The notes under the pieces: generated by a model
Told to the model about the DNA's origin: nothing
What the model saw: only the letters and a program-made list of their open reading frames with translations
Database searches by the model: none
In this document: positions 37,356 through 46,683 of the stretch, in pieces
How positions within the stretch are numbered: position 1 is the first letter of the stretch
Layout of the letters: every line of letters begins with the position of its first letter
Assembly: GCA_043770095.1 (NCBI GenBank)
Contig: JAYVIR010000026.1
Coordinates: 44,678-108,677 of the forward strand
Direction of reading: 5' to 3'
Source: Eubacteriales bacterium
GTDB lineage: Bacteria; Bacillota; Clostridia; Peptostreptococcales; Acidaminobacteraceae
DNA length: 64,000 bases
Position numbers and translations under genes: made by a program

Positions 37356-37469
37356 AAATAAGACTTTTTTAAGAAATGATATGGTAAAATTGTAAGAGTA
37401 GGAATGTAAAATTTATTTTATACCTTTTGCTATACAAAGTATTTCTTTAAAAATCGGAGGTGGCAAGTT

Positions 37470-37928
37470 TTGGTCATTGGTTTTAATAATTCTGGCGTTA
37501 TGGTTAGCATTCTCTGTGTAAGCTTGTTGGCAACTGGCTGTTCAACGCCTAAAAAAGAGCAGGGAAATGGTGTGAGCGTGGGAACAGAAGTATCTCACGA
37601 GCAATCAATTGTGAGTCATAAAGAATCCGAGCAAGATAAAAAAGCACCCAATTACACGATTGATCAGTTTACAGATGCGGTCTTAAACAACGATCAAGCA
37701 CTCGTAAAAAAGATGCTAAAGAGTGGATACATAGACATTAACACAAAAAATTCAGATGGCGATTACCCTCTTGAAGTGTCGCTCATTCTTGAAAATATTG
37801 AAATGGCAGATTTGCTCTTGCAAAATGGCGCAGATGCAAATTTGAAAACGAACTGCGGCAAATCGGTTAAGGAATTGGTGCTCAAAAATGGCTCTCGGGC
37901 TATGAAAGATTTATTCACGGCAAGTTAG
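37470..37928 (+). CDS. Ankyrin-repeat lipoprotein
   Basis: Lipobox LATGCS. Ankyrin-like repeats (DGDYPLEVSLILENIEMADLLLQNGADANLKTNCG). Confidence 0.65.
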   Translation: MVIGFNNSGVMVSILCVSLLATGCSTPKKEQGNGVSVGTEVSHEQSIVSHKESEQDKKAPNYTIDQFTDAVLNNDQALVKKMLKSGYIDINTKNSDGDYPLEVSLILENIEMADLLLQNGADANLKTNCGKSVKELVLKNGSRAMKDLFTAS

Positions 37929-38016
37929 AGGTTCAAAAACCTCAACTGTATAGGTTGACATAAACAGTTGACTTATAACATATAGCAATTCAACCTACTA
38001 TTTATTAAAAGGGGGA

Positions 38017-40140
38017 ATGAAGGTGAGTTTAATCAGTATTTCGATTATCGCAGTTGTAGGGTTAATACTTTTTGTTATCCTACTCAAACTCATTGGTATC
38101 ATTGTTATCGGATCAAACGAAGTCGGTATTATTGAGAAATGGTGGTCTACGCGTGGATCAGTCAAATCGGGCTTCATCGCTTTAAATGGCGAAGCGGGTT
38201 ATCAGCCAGATATGATCAGAGCCGGGATTCATATCAAACCGCTATTCATTTATAAAGTCAGCAAACAGCCACTCATCACCATTCCAAGAGGTCAAATGGC
38301 GTATGTGTTCTCGCGCGATGGTAAGACTTTGGCAGCCTCCCAGCTACTTGGTTTTGACGTAGAATCAAACAGTTTCCAAGATGCAAGAGCTTTCCTCACC
38401 AATGGTGGTTTCAAAGGGCCGCAGGTTGGCTATTTAAAAGATGGTACTTATGCCATCAATACGGCACTGTTTATCGTATTAACAGCAGATCGCACTTACG
38501 GCATTAGACTGGGTTCTTCAAAAGAAGAACTTCAAATGTTAGAAGCGATGAAAAAAGACATTGAAACACGTAATGGATTTTCACCAGTGGTAATTGCCGC
38601 TGAAAACGATGTCCTTGCAATCGTCAATACAAACATGGGTAAACCGCTCTCAAATGGCGACATCATAGCGCCGATTATCGGAAACAACCCAGATGAACCG
38701 AATAATTTCCACAATAACTTCCAAAATGTTAATAACTTTATTGTTTCTGGCGGTTATATGGGTAAGCAATTGCAAGTACTAACAGATGGGACGTACTTTA
38801 TCAACAGGTTGTTCGCAACCATTAAATTTGTGCCTAAAGTTCAGATTCCAATTGGGACAGTAGGTGTTGTGACATCGTTTGCAGGAGATAAAGGGTTAGA
38901 CGTTTCTGGAGATGACTATAAACATGGTGAACTGGTTGAAACGGGCAAAAGAGGGGTTTGGAAAGACGCCCTTGGCGTTGGTAAATACGCAGTCAATACG
39001 GATGCGTGTGCAGTTGCGCTCGTGCCGACTGCCAATACAATGCTCAAATGGTCGGCTCAAGAGTCGGGCACGCACTATGATGAAAATTTAAAAGAAATTT
39101 CATTCCTTACCAAAGATGGTTTTGAAGTTCAGTCTACATTAACCGTGGTTGTCCACGTTGACCGTTTAAAAGCGTCTAGAATCATTCAAAGATTTGGTGA
39201 CATGGTCAAATTATTCGAGCAATCCATTGACCCGCTCATCTCAGCGTATTTCAAAAATGTAGGTCAGACAAAAACGCTTATTGAGCTCAACCAATTCAGA
39301 GACGCCATTCAAAAAGAAGCGACAGACGCGATGAGAATTCAATTCAGAGAATACGATTTGGAACTTGTGTCTATCTTGATTGGTAATCCTGAATCCGCCA
39401 ATAAGGGCGATAACAGCGTTGAAACGATGTATGAACAGCTCAGAAGCCGACAATTGGCTAAAGAGCAAATCATCACTTATCAGTCTCAACAAGAATCCAA
39501 AGAAAAAGAAAAAGAACTCAATGAGGCAGCAGCAGTTGCTCTTCAGCAAAAGTCACTTACAGAGTCTAAGATTAATATTGAAATTGAGAAGAATAAAGGT
39601 CAGGCAGACGCGACAAGAGCAACACAAGAAGCGGCTAAAATTGAGACAATCGCTACTGCAAACGCAAATGCGACAAAACTCACGGCAGCGGCTCAAGCGT
39701 TCAAAATTACACAAGAAGGTTTGGCGCAGTCTATTGCGACAGAAGCCAATGTTGCCGCTTATGGCGGGCCTCAACTCCTGCTTACCAAAGAAGTTATGGG
39801 CATTATTGGAGACGCAATTGCCAAATCTGGATCTCCTATTGTACCAAGTCAAATGGTTGTTTTCGGTGGCGGCGGACATGATGGGGATGAGCAATCGAGT
39901 TTCCCAAATGCGATTGAAAGCCTTGTAAAAACAGCACTTGTTAAGAATCTTGGCATTGACATGGGTATGGTCAAAGATCACTCTAAGCACTCCGAGAACA
40001 TTGAAAACATGAAAAAAGAAATTTTGAATAAGATGACGGCTGAAGCTAAGGCAGAAGCAGGCGCAGATGCGAAAGTGGTTGCTAAACCAGAGCCTTTAGT
40101 AGAACCAAAAATAGAACCAAAAGTAGAGACGCAAGCATAA
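38017..40140 (+). CDS. Flotillin-family (SPFH/band-7) membrane scaffold protein
   Basis: N-terminal TM, SPFH domain, and a C-terminal Ala/Glu/Gln-rich coiled coil typical of FloT/YqiK. 707 aa. Confidence 0.85.
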   Translation: MKVSLISISIIAVVGLILFVILLKLIGIIVIGSNEVGIIEKWWSTRGSVKSGFIALNGEAGYQPDMIRAGIHIKPLFIYKVSKQPLITIPRGQMAYVFSRDGKTLAASQLLGFDVESNSFQDARAFLTNGGFKGPQVGYLKDGTYAINTALFIVLTADRTYGIRLGSSKEELQMLEAMKKDIETRNGFSPVVIAAENDVLAIVNTNMGKPLSNGDIIAPIIGNNPDEPNNFHNNFQNVNNFIVSGGYMGKQLQVLTDGTYFINRLFATIKFVPKVQIPIGTVGVVTSFAGDKGLDVSGDDYKHGELVETGKRGVWKDALGVGKYAVNTDACAVALVPTANTMLKWSAQESGTHYDENLKEISFLTKDGFEVQSTLTVVVHVDRLKASRIIQRFGDMVKLFEQSIDPLISAYFKNVGQTKTLIELNQFRDAIQKEATDAMRIQFREYDLELVSILIGNPESANKGDNSVETMYEQLRSRQLAKEQIITYQSQQESKEKEKELNEAAAVALQQKSLTESKINIEIEKNKGQADATRATQEAAKIETIATANANATKLTAAAQAFKITQEGLAQSIATEANVAAYGGPQLLLTKEVMGIIGDAIAKSGSPIVPSQMVVFGGGGHDGDEQSSFPNAIESLVKTALVKNLGIDMGMVKDHSKHSENIENMKKEILNKMTAEAKAEAGADAKVVAKPEPLVEPKIEPKVETQA

Positions 40141-40142
40141 TA

Positions 40143-40192
40143 AAAAACGAAACCCCAATGATGCCTTTAACATCGTTGGGGTTTCGTTTTTT
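40143..40192. terminator. Strong bidirectional terminator after the flotillin gene
   Basis: aaaacgaaaccccaatgatg ... catcgttggggtttcgtttttt. Confidence 0.85.
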
Positions 40193-40194
40193 GC

Positions 40195-40728
40195 TTAGCG
40201 AATAAAAAAACCGCCAAAAGCCAGTGCGGCTAAAATAATCAGCGAAGGGTGCACCTTAAAGTAGAATAAGAGAACGGCAGAGACGAGCCCAATAATCCCC
40301 GTCGTGACATTTACGTAAGACTGAGGTGTCATTCGGTAAACCGTCTCAAATAGAATGAGCACGACGACTGGTCTAACAGCCACCATCATGCCATTCATCC
40401 AAGGGGCTGATTTAAACTGGTCATAGATCCTAAAAAGAAACACAATGGCAATGGTCGTTGGCAAAACGCTAGAAGCTAAGCCAACGACAACGCCTGTCCA
40501 ACCTGCAACTTTGTAGCCAATGACAGAGGCAAGTTTGGTTGCAATTGGCCCAGGAAGGCTATTGGCAAGGGCGACAGCGTCGGTAAATTCGGGAATCGTC
40601 ATCCAATGATAATTTTCGACGACTTCTTTTTGAACGAGCGAAATGGCTGCTGGACCTCCGCCAAACGTAAAATTACTGGCTCTAAAAAAGGCGACAAATA
40701 GGTCAATATAAGTGTGAAAACTGGTCAT
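40195..40728 (-). CDS. Chromate-transporter-family (CHR) short-chain protein
   Basis: 177 aa. FGGGPAAISLVQKEVVEN...LPGPIATK motifs of the ChrA family. No paired second half-transporter lies adjacent. Confidence 0.7.
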   Translation of the reverse strand: MTSFHTYIDLFVAFFRASNFTFGGGPAAISLVQKEVVENYHWMTIPEFTDAVALANSLPGPIATKLASVIGYKVAGWTGVVVGLASSVLPTTIAIVFLFRIYDQFKSAPWMNGMMVAVRPVVVLILFETVYRMTPQSYVNVTTGIIGLVSAVLLFYFKVHPSLIILAALAFGGFFIR

Positions 40729-40757
40729 ATTTTAGCTCCTTGTGATCATACGATTTC

Positions 40758-41753
40758 TTAATCTGTAAAGTATTTTGGCACGAAGCCCATCAGGCCACCC
40801 GTGTGAATAAATAAAATATTTTGAGACGCATTAAACTGTCCCTTTTCAATTTCGCGGATCAGACCACGAAAAGCTTTTCCTGTGTAAACAGGGTCTAAAA
40901 TCAAGCCTTCGCTTTGAGCAATTTCCATAATGAACGCCATTTCTTCTTTTGTGGAGAGGGCATATCCGAGGCCAGCGTAGCCATCGATTATGGCAATGTC
41001 AGAGGTTTTAGCCGTTTCAGGCAGTTCCAAACGACGGAGGGACTCGTTAACAATTTTAGAAATATCATCCTTGAACGCTTCTGCGGTGCTGCTAATATTA
41101 AAGCCGATGATTTGGCGATTGCTTTCACTCAGGTAATTGCCAAGAAAAAGACCGCCGTAAGTGCCACCAGAACCAACCGTACAAACAATGGTGTCAAATG
41201 TTAGCCCAAGCGCTTTTTCCTGATCCAGAATTTCCTCAAAAGCATGGTAATAGCCAAAGTTGCCTATGCCATTAGAAGCCCCAATTGGCAGGATATAAGC
41301 AGGCGTGCCAAGTGCGTCGTACTCGGATTTGAGCTTTTCCATGACTTGTTCGTATTCAGAGGCAAAGACATCGGCTGGAAGAAGGGTGATCTTGGCACCC
41401 ATGAGTTGGTTCATTAAATAATTGCCTTCTATTAAAGGATTCGGTTCGCTTCTTAGCACCAAATGGACGCCGAGCCCCAGTTTTCTAGCTGCGGCAACCG
41501 TCGCTCTGGCATGATTAGACTGAATGCCACCGCAAGTGATGAGTGTCTTTGCCCCCAATGAAAGCGCTTCACAGATAGCATATTCAAGTTTGCGAATTTT
41601 ATTGCCGGAAACTTCGCTGCCGGTATAGTCATCTCGTTTTAGATAGAGGTTGGTTTTGAGCGTAGCAGACAATCGCTCCATTTTTTCGATGGGCGTCGGT
41701 AGGTGGGCAAGTGGTACTCTGTTTGGGATGTTTTTGATGGGCGTAATGGTCAT
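40758..41753 (-). CDS. PLP-dependent D-cysteine desulfhydrase / ACC-deaminase-family enzyme
   Basis: LTPIEKMERLS..., GSEVSGNKIRKLEY (Lys of the PLP site), and TCGGIQSNHARA motifs of the ACC deaminase/DcyD family. Start ATG at 41753 follows RBS aattaggagg. The ORF-track 5' extension lacks an RBS. Confidence 0.8.
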   Translation of the reverse strand: MTITPIKNIPNRVPLAHLPTPIEKMERLSATLKTNLYLKRDDYTGSEVSGNKIRKLEYAICEALSLGAKTLITCGGIQSNHARATVAAARKLGLGVHLVLRSEPNPLIEGNYLMNQLMGAKITLLPADVFASEYEQVMEKLKSEYDALGTPAYILPIGASNGIGNFGYYHAFEEILDQEKALGLTFDTIVCTVGSGGTYGGLFLGNYLSESNRQIIGFNISSTAEAFKDDISKIVNESLRRLELPETAKTSDIAIIDGYAGLGYALSTKEEMAFIMEIAQSEGLILDPVYTGKAFRGLIREIEKGQFNASQNILFIHTGGLMGFVPKYFTD

Positions 41754-42147
41754 ATTGGAACCTCCTAATTGGATTAGTGGCACACAGTCTATGGTCGGTT
41801 TTGCATAAAAAGTTTTGTGTATTTGTTCCTTAAGTTTATCATAAAAGATGACACTTTGGGTTAAGGCAATTATAAATCGGTTTTTAAGGTCAAAATTATG
41901 GTATAATACCGATATGTCTTTTAATGGATGTCGACCGATGTGAAGGTTCGATAAATACATTAAAAATTAGAAGGTTATGAGCTATATTATGTAAATTTGA
42001 AATAAGTTGATTTTTCAGTTCAACTTATGTAGTCATTTTTAGGGCTTATGTCGTGCAGTTTACCGTTTGTCTGACCCACACGTTGGATCACAAGCCACCA
42101 AACGCAGAAGACGAATCACGGGGCATTTACCCCAGGGAGACCCAAAA

Positions 42148-42426
42148 ATGAACAATTTAATTTTAAAAGCAATTGCAAGACCTGAGCAAGCAGGCAATTT
42201 CAAAGAAGCTGGTTTTGTACAAGGCGTTATTTACGGAAAAGGCATTGACTCTTCAGCTGTCAAGTTGGACGAAGCAATGTTAAATAAAATTATTGCAACT
42301 GGTGGCAGAAAATCAGCTGTAACAGTTGACTTTGCAGGCGTAACAATGACTGGCGTACTCAAAGAAGTTCAAATCGCTGTTATGGACCAAACAGTTTCAC
42401 ATGTAGATATCCACATCCTCGGTTAG
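42148..42426 (+). CDS. Ribosomal protein L25/Ctc-like beta-barrel protein lacking the basic rRNA-binding residues
   Basis: 92 aa. LKAIARPEQAGNFKEAGFVQGVIYGKG...VKLDEAML...VSHVDIHILG is colinear with L25 (L-A-x-R...G-x-V-P-A-I-I-Y-G...L-Q-H-I-D-F). The Arg/Lys cluster is replaced by neutral or acidic residues. Confidence 0.4.
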   Translation: MNNLILKAIARPEQAGNFKEAGFVQGVIYGKGIDSSAVKLDEAMLNKIIATGGRKSAVTVDFAGVTMTGVLKEVQIAVMDQTVSHVDIHILG

Positions 42427-42524
42427 TGGATTGGAACTCATGAGCAAAGGGGCACCTAGCGTTTAGTCGGGGGCTCTTTTGTTTTTTTTTTTGTTTTAAA
42501 ATAATGAATTGAAAATATAATTGT

Positions 42525-42552
42525 GGGGCTCTTATAAAAGAGCCCTTTTTTA
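42525..42552 (+). terminator. Terminator hairpin (ggggctcttataaaagagccc + T-run)
   Basis: Direct reading. 8-bp GC-rich stem. Confidence 0.7.
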
Positions 42553-42616
42553 TTGGGGAAATTGGGGTTATAATGGGTTGAAAACAAACAATTAAGACAA
42601 TTCTAACGAATAGGCG

Positions 42617-44785
42617 GTGTACTTTATGAATAAATCAGAGCAAAATAGCCTCTTAAAAACAAACCCAAAGCGAATTGCGGTAATCACCGGAAGCGATTCC
42701 ACAAAAAATCGACTGGTGCTTCAACTTGAAAAATTACTGGAAGGACATGCCACGATTGAGGGGTATGCTGTCAATTTAGGACTGGTGGGAAAAATAAAAG
42801 CGGATCTGATTGTCTTTTCAAGCGTGTCTCTTCAAAAAGAAGCCACTGCGTGGATTGATCCTAAATGCCCGCAAATCATTGCACGTCGAGCAATTGATAT
42901 CATTCACCTTGATCAGTTATTTTCAATCAGACGAGGTGAGATGGTACTATTAGTCAACGACTCAATGGAGGCGACCTTTGAATCCATTGAGCTTTTGCAA
43001 CTACTGGGGATTGATAATATCAACCTTTTGCCGTGGTGTCCTGAAATGTTTGAAACCGAGCGCAACCACAATATTAATCAATGCCACGTGGCAATCACGC
43101 TTGGAGAATTAGAACTTGTACCGGAATCGATGCTGCATGTGGTCGATTTAGGCCCAAGAATCATCGATTTAAGCACCATTGTAGAAATTTTGCATGAACT
43201 TGATCTACTAGATGAAAAATCTCACTACCTCTCTGCAACCTATCTGGCGACGGTGGTCAAAATGGGCAAAACCATTCATAAAGCGATGGCAGAGCAAGAG
43301 TTGCTCAATGATCGTTTAAAGCAAGTGCTCCATCAAATTCACGATGGCCTATTGGCATATGACGAGCTCGGCATCATTCGCGTGTTTAGTCAAAAGTGTG
43401 AACTGATTTTTGGAAAACGCTCTGAGCGCGTAATTGGCAAGCCGTTGGTGCAAATCATAAAAAATGAGAATCTGATTCAATTTCTCAAAATGTCCATTGA
43501 ATCGGATGAATCCCAAGAACAACTCATTATGATTGAGGCAGGCAATTATCAAGTTCAGCGCTTTACATCGGGTAGAGGAGATTGGACGGTTTGCACCCTC
43601 AGAAGTCTAACAGAGAGTGGTGCCTTAGAGCAGCAAAATCGAAGGCTGCACTTACAAAAGGGGCACATTGCCAAATATGACTTTGAAGACATTCGACATG
43701 AATCAGAAGTCATGAAGGCCGTTGTTCGCACGGCTCAGAAAATTGCCAGAACACCTCTTTCAATTCTTATTTATGGGGAAAGTGGGACTGGAAAAGAGCT
43801 GTTTGCCAGCGCGATTCACAAGGCGTCCAATGTATCGAAGGGTCCCTTTTTAGGGGTCAATTTTAGCGCTCTGCCAGAAGACTTAGTGGAAAGTGAGCTC
43901 TTCGGCTATGAAGAGGGCGCTTTCACAGGGGCAAAAAAAGGCGGCAGACCTGGCCTTTTTGAACAGGCTCACGGCGGGACTCTGTTCCTAGACGAAATTG
44001 GAGATGTTTCTTTGAAAATCCAAGCAAGACTCCTCAGAGTGTTGCAGGAAAAAGAAGTCATGCGCGTTGGCGGGAGCGAAATCATTCCAGTGGATGTGAG
44101 GATCATTGCAGCGACCAATAAGCCACTTATGACACTTTGCGAACAGGGGCAATTTAGAGAGGATTTGTATTACAGACTCAAACGATTGTCGCTTAACACT
44201 CCACCATTAAGGGAACGTCGAGAAGACATTCCGATGCTGTTAAAATTCTTTTTATTGAAAAATGGGTGGCGCCATCCCTTGGAAACTTCAATCAGCGAAG
44301 CCTTGATTCAGGAGCTTCAATCGGCTAATTGGAAGGGCAATGTGAGAGAACTGGAAAGTGTCGTGGAGTACTTGGTAGCGGTTGCAGATGGGGCGATACT
44401 AAATCTGAGTGACTTGCCAACGGATTTTATAGGGGGTGTAAAGGGGTTAAACAAGTTCGCTTCGAAAGTGTTAAATGGGGATGTGCCTATTGAAACCCCC
44501 ATTAAAATAGACAGAGCAGCAGATCTCTTTCACCGCATGTCTGGTAGAGACTATCGGTTTTTGCTCAAACAAATCGATGCTCATAATAAAAAAGGCATTA
44601 GCATCGGCAGAGAAAAACTTTCGCTTGAGGCAAATGAGGCTGGACTTTTACTCACGCAAGATATGGTCAGAGGCAGATTGAAAACCCTTGAACAGCTTGG
44701 CGTTATTGAGGTGACAAAAGGACGAAAAGGACCTGTGCTGACACTTTTGGGGCTTGAACTGCTTACAAAATTGGATAAGAGTTAA
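42617..44785 (+). CDS. Sigma-54-dependent transcriptional activator (PrpR-N-like sensory domain, PAS, AAA+, HTH)
   Basis: AAA+ Walker A GESGTGKE, GAFTGA sigma-54 contact motif (EEGAFTGAKKG), Walker B LFLDEIGD. The N-terminal 200 aa resembles the PrpR N-domain. A PAS-like segment lies around LHQIHDGLLAYDE. The C-terminus has an HTH. Confidence 0.85.
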   Translation: MYFMNKSEQNSLLKTNPKRIAVITGSDSTKNRLVLQLEKLLEGHATIEGYAVNLGLVGKIKADLIVFSSVSLQKEATAWIDPKCPQIIARRAIDIIHLDQLFSIRRGEMVLLVNDSMEATFESIELLQLLGIDNINLLPWCPEMFETERNHNINQCHVAITLGELELVPESMLHVVDLGPRIIDLSTIVEILHELDLLDEKSHYLSATYLATVVKMGKTIHKAMAEQELLNDRLKQVLHQIHDGLLAYDELGIIRVFSQKCELIFGKRSERVIGKPLVQIIKNENLIQFLKMSIESDESQEQLIMIEAGNYQVQRFTSGRGDWTVCTLRSLTESGALEQQNRRLHLQKGHIAKYDFEDIRHESEVMKAVVRTAQKIARTPLSILIYGESGTGKELFASAIHKASNVSKGPFLGVNFSALPEDLVESELFGYEEGAFTGAKKGGRPGLFEQAHGGTLFLDEIGDVSLKIQARLLRVLQEKEVMRVGGSEIIPVDVRIIAATNKPLMTLCEQGQFREDLYYRLKRLSLNTPPLRERREDIPMLLKFFLLKNGWRHPLETSISEALIQELQSANWKGNVRELESVVEYLVAVADGAILNLSDLPTDFIGGVKGLNKFASKVLNGDVPIETPIKIDRAADLFHRMSGRDYRFLLKQIDAHNKKGISIGREKLSLEANEAGLLLTQDMVRGRLKTLEQLGVIEVTKGRKGPVLTLLGLELLTKLDKS

Positions 44786-44865
44786 CGCATAAAGCAACCT
44801 ATATGCGTTGAAATTTTGATTAAGAGCGACCGAAAACTAAAATTTTGTTTTGGTTAAAATGATTT

Positions 44866-44881
44866 TGGCATAAACCTTGCT
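44866..44881 (+). promoter_or_regulatory. Sigma-54 (-24/-12) promoter TGGCAT-aaacc-TTGCT upstream of the yfcC-type gene
   Basis: GG and GC dinucleotides are exactly 12 nt apart (tGGcataaaccttGCtt). It lies 40 nt upstream of the RBS and 80 nt downstream of the activator gene. Confidence 0.55.
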
Positions 44882-44921
44882 TTTAACAACTAGCAGTTCT
44901 TAAAAAGGGGGAATTAGCAAA

Positions 44922-46643
44922 ATGTCAGACCAAAAAAAGAAGCAAGATGAAAAACGGTTCCAAATGCCACACACCTACGTCATTATATTTTTCGTTGTAA
45001 TGTTCTGTTGGGCACTCACATTCATGGTTCCAGTCGGTAAATTCGATACGCATGACGTGACGTATACCAACGCTGACGGCAAAGAGAAAACAAAAACAGT
45101 CCTCTTGCCTGAAACCTTCCGTCTTCAATACCCGCTCGACAACCAAAAGTTGGCTGAAGCGCTTAAAACGACAGATGCTGCCAAACTCACGGAAAGCGGC
45201 GTAGACGCAGAGGCGCTTACCGCACTGATGGCAACAGATCCTGCAACGTGGGAATCTGGCGCATTAGACGAAATGGGTCTTTCAGAATCTACCATTCATC
45301 AACTTTATGACACAAAAGTTTACGACACGACAAGCCCTATCAAAAAACAGGCTAAAATATGGGGCACAGATGACTTCTATGGATTCGGCGTATTTAACTA
45401 CATGTTTGAGGGTCTTGTCACAGGTGACAAATGGGGCTCAGCAGTAGGAATCGTTGCCTTCATTCTCGTTATTGGCGGTGCTTTCGGAATCATTATGAGA
45501 ACTGGCGCAATTGACGCCGGCATTTATGAATTCATTACGCGTGTCAAAGGGGCTCAGTTTTTAGTCATACCGGCACTCTTCATCGTATTCTCACTTGGCG
45601 GCGCTATTTTCGGCATGTCGGAGGAATCCATACCGTTTGCGATGATTGTCATACCGTTTGTGATCGCTATGGGCTATGACTCCCTTGTCGGGGTTGCCAT
45701 TACGTTCGTTGCAACACAAGTGGGCAATGCGACTTCTTGGATGAATCCATTTGGGGTTGCCATCGCTCAAGGTATTGCAGGCGTTCCGGTACTTTCAGGG
45801 GCTACTTTTAGAATTATTATGTGGGTTGTTCTCACAACGGCATCTGTTATTTACATCACCATGTATGCCAATAAAATTAAAAAAGACCCAACAAAATCAA
45901 TTGTTTATGATACAGATCAATATTTCAGAGATCACTTAGCTTCTCAAGATCCAGAACACAGAGCGTTTAAATTAGGCCACGGCTTAGTGCTTCTTTGGAT
46001 GCTGTTTGGCGTCATCTGGATCGTATGGGGCGTTACGAGCGAGGGTTATTATATTCCTGAAATTGCTTCTCAGTTCTTTGTTATGGGTCTTGGCGCAGGT
46101 GTGCTTGCGGTCGTATTCAAACTCAACAATATGAGAATCAACGACATTGCCTCTTCATTCCAAAGCGGTGCCGGTGACCTTGTCGGAGCGGCAATGGTAG
46201 TGGGTATGGCAAAAGGCATTTTGTTGGTACTTGGCGGTTCAAGTGCCACAACGCCAACCGTTTTAAATACAATTTTAAGCTCAGTCGGCAGTTCGCTTGC
46301 AGGTCTTCCAAGCGCTGTAACCGCTGTGCTCATGTACACTTTCCAAACTATTTTCAACTTCTTTGTCACTTCTAATTCAGGTCAAGCGGCTCTAACGATG
46401 CCAATCCTTGCCCCTTTATCTGACATCGTAGGCATCAGCAGACAAGTTGCCGTTCTTTGCTACCAATTGGGATCTGGTTTTGCAGATGCGATTGTACCAA
46501 CATCGGCTTCCCTCATGGGCGTTCTCGGTGTGGCAAGAATGGACTGGACGAAATGGGCAAAATTCCAAATCAAAATGCAAGGGTTCTTCTTTGTATTCGG
46601 CAGCGTGTTCATTGTCATAGCGATTATGATTGGCTATAACTAA
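44922..46643 (+). CDS. YfcC/DcuC-type (ion-transporter superfamily) membrane transporter, candidate dipeptide/basic amino-acid carrier
   Basis: 573 aa with 12 or more hydrophobic segments. Two hairpin-like Gly-rich re-entrant motifs (GGAFGIIMRTGA, GGAIFGMSEESIPFAMIV) resemble the YfcC (putative basic amino acid antiporter) family. Confidence 0.5.
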   Translation: MSDQKKKQDEKRFQMPHTYVIIFFVVMFCWALTFMVPVGKFDTHDVTYTNADGKEKTKTVLLPETFRLQYPLDNQKLAEALKTTDAAKLTESGVDAEALTALMATDPATWESGALDEMGLSESTIHQLYDTKVYDTTSPIKKQAKIWGTDDFYGFGVFNYMFEGLVTGDKWGSAVGIVAFILVIGGAFGIIMRTGAIDAGIYEFITRVKGAQFLVIPALFIVFSLGGAIFGMSEESIPFAMIVIPFVIAMGYDSLVGVAITFVATQVGNATSWMNPFGVAIAQGIAGVPVLSGATFRIIMWVVLTTASVIYITMYANKIKKDPTKSIVYDTDQYFRDHLASQDPEHRAFKLGHGLVLLWMLFGVIWIVWGVTSEGYYIPEIASQFFVMGLGAGVLAVVFKLNNMRINDIASSFQSGAGDLVGAAMVVGMAKGILLVLGGSSATTPTVLNTILSSVGSSLAGLPSAVTAVLMYTFQTIFNFFVTSNSGQAALTMPILAPLSDIVGISRQVAVLCYQLGSGFADAIVPTSASLMGVLGVARMDWTKWAKFQIKMQGFFFVFGSVFIVIAIMIGYN

Positions 46644-46683
46644 CTAAATGACTTACAAACTTGAAACTCTGGAGGTGCATTAA

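Noticed and set aside
40195-40728. Considered whether chrA is a pseudogene fragment, given the missing second CHR half.
   Set aside because: The ORF is intact with a start and stop. Short-chain CHR proteins of about 180 aa exist. Absence of the partner within the window is not evidence of decay.
40758-41960. 400-aa version of the D-cysteine desulfhydrase/ACC deaminase-family ORF.
   Set aside because: The 5' extension (MYLSNLHIGRHPLKDISVLYHNFDLKNRF...) has no RBS and runs through AT-rich promoter-like sequence. Family proteins are about 330 aa, and ATG 41753 has the RBS aattaggagg.
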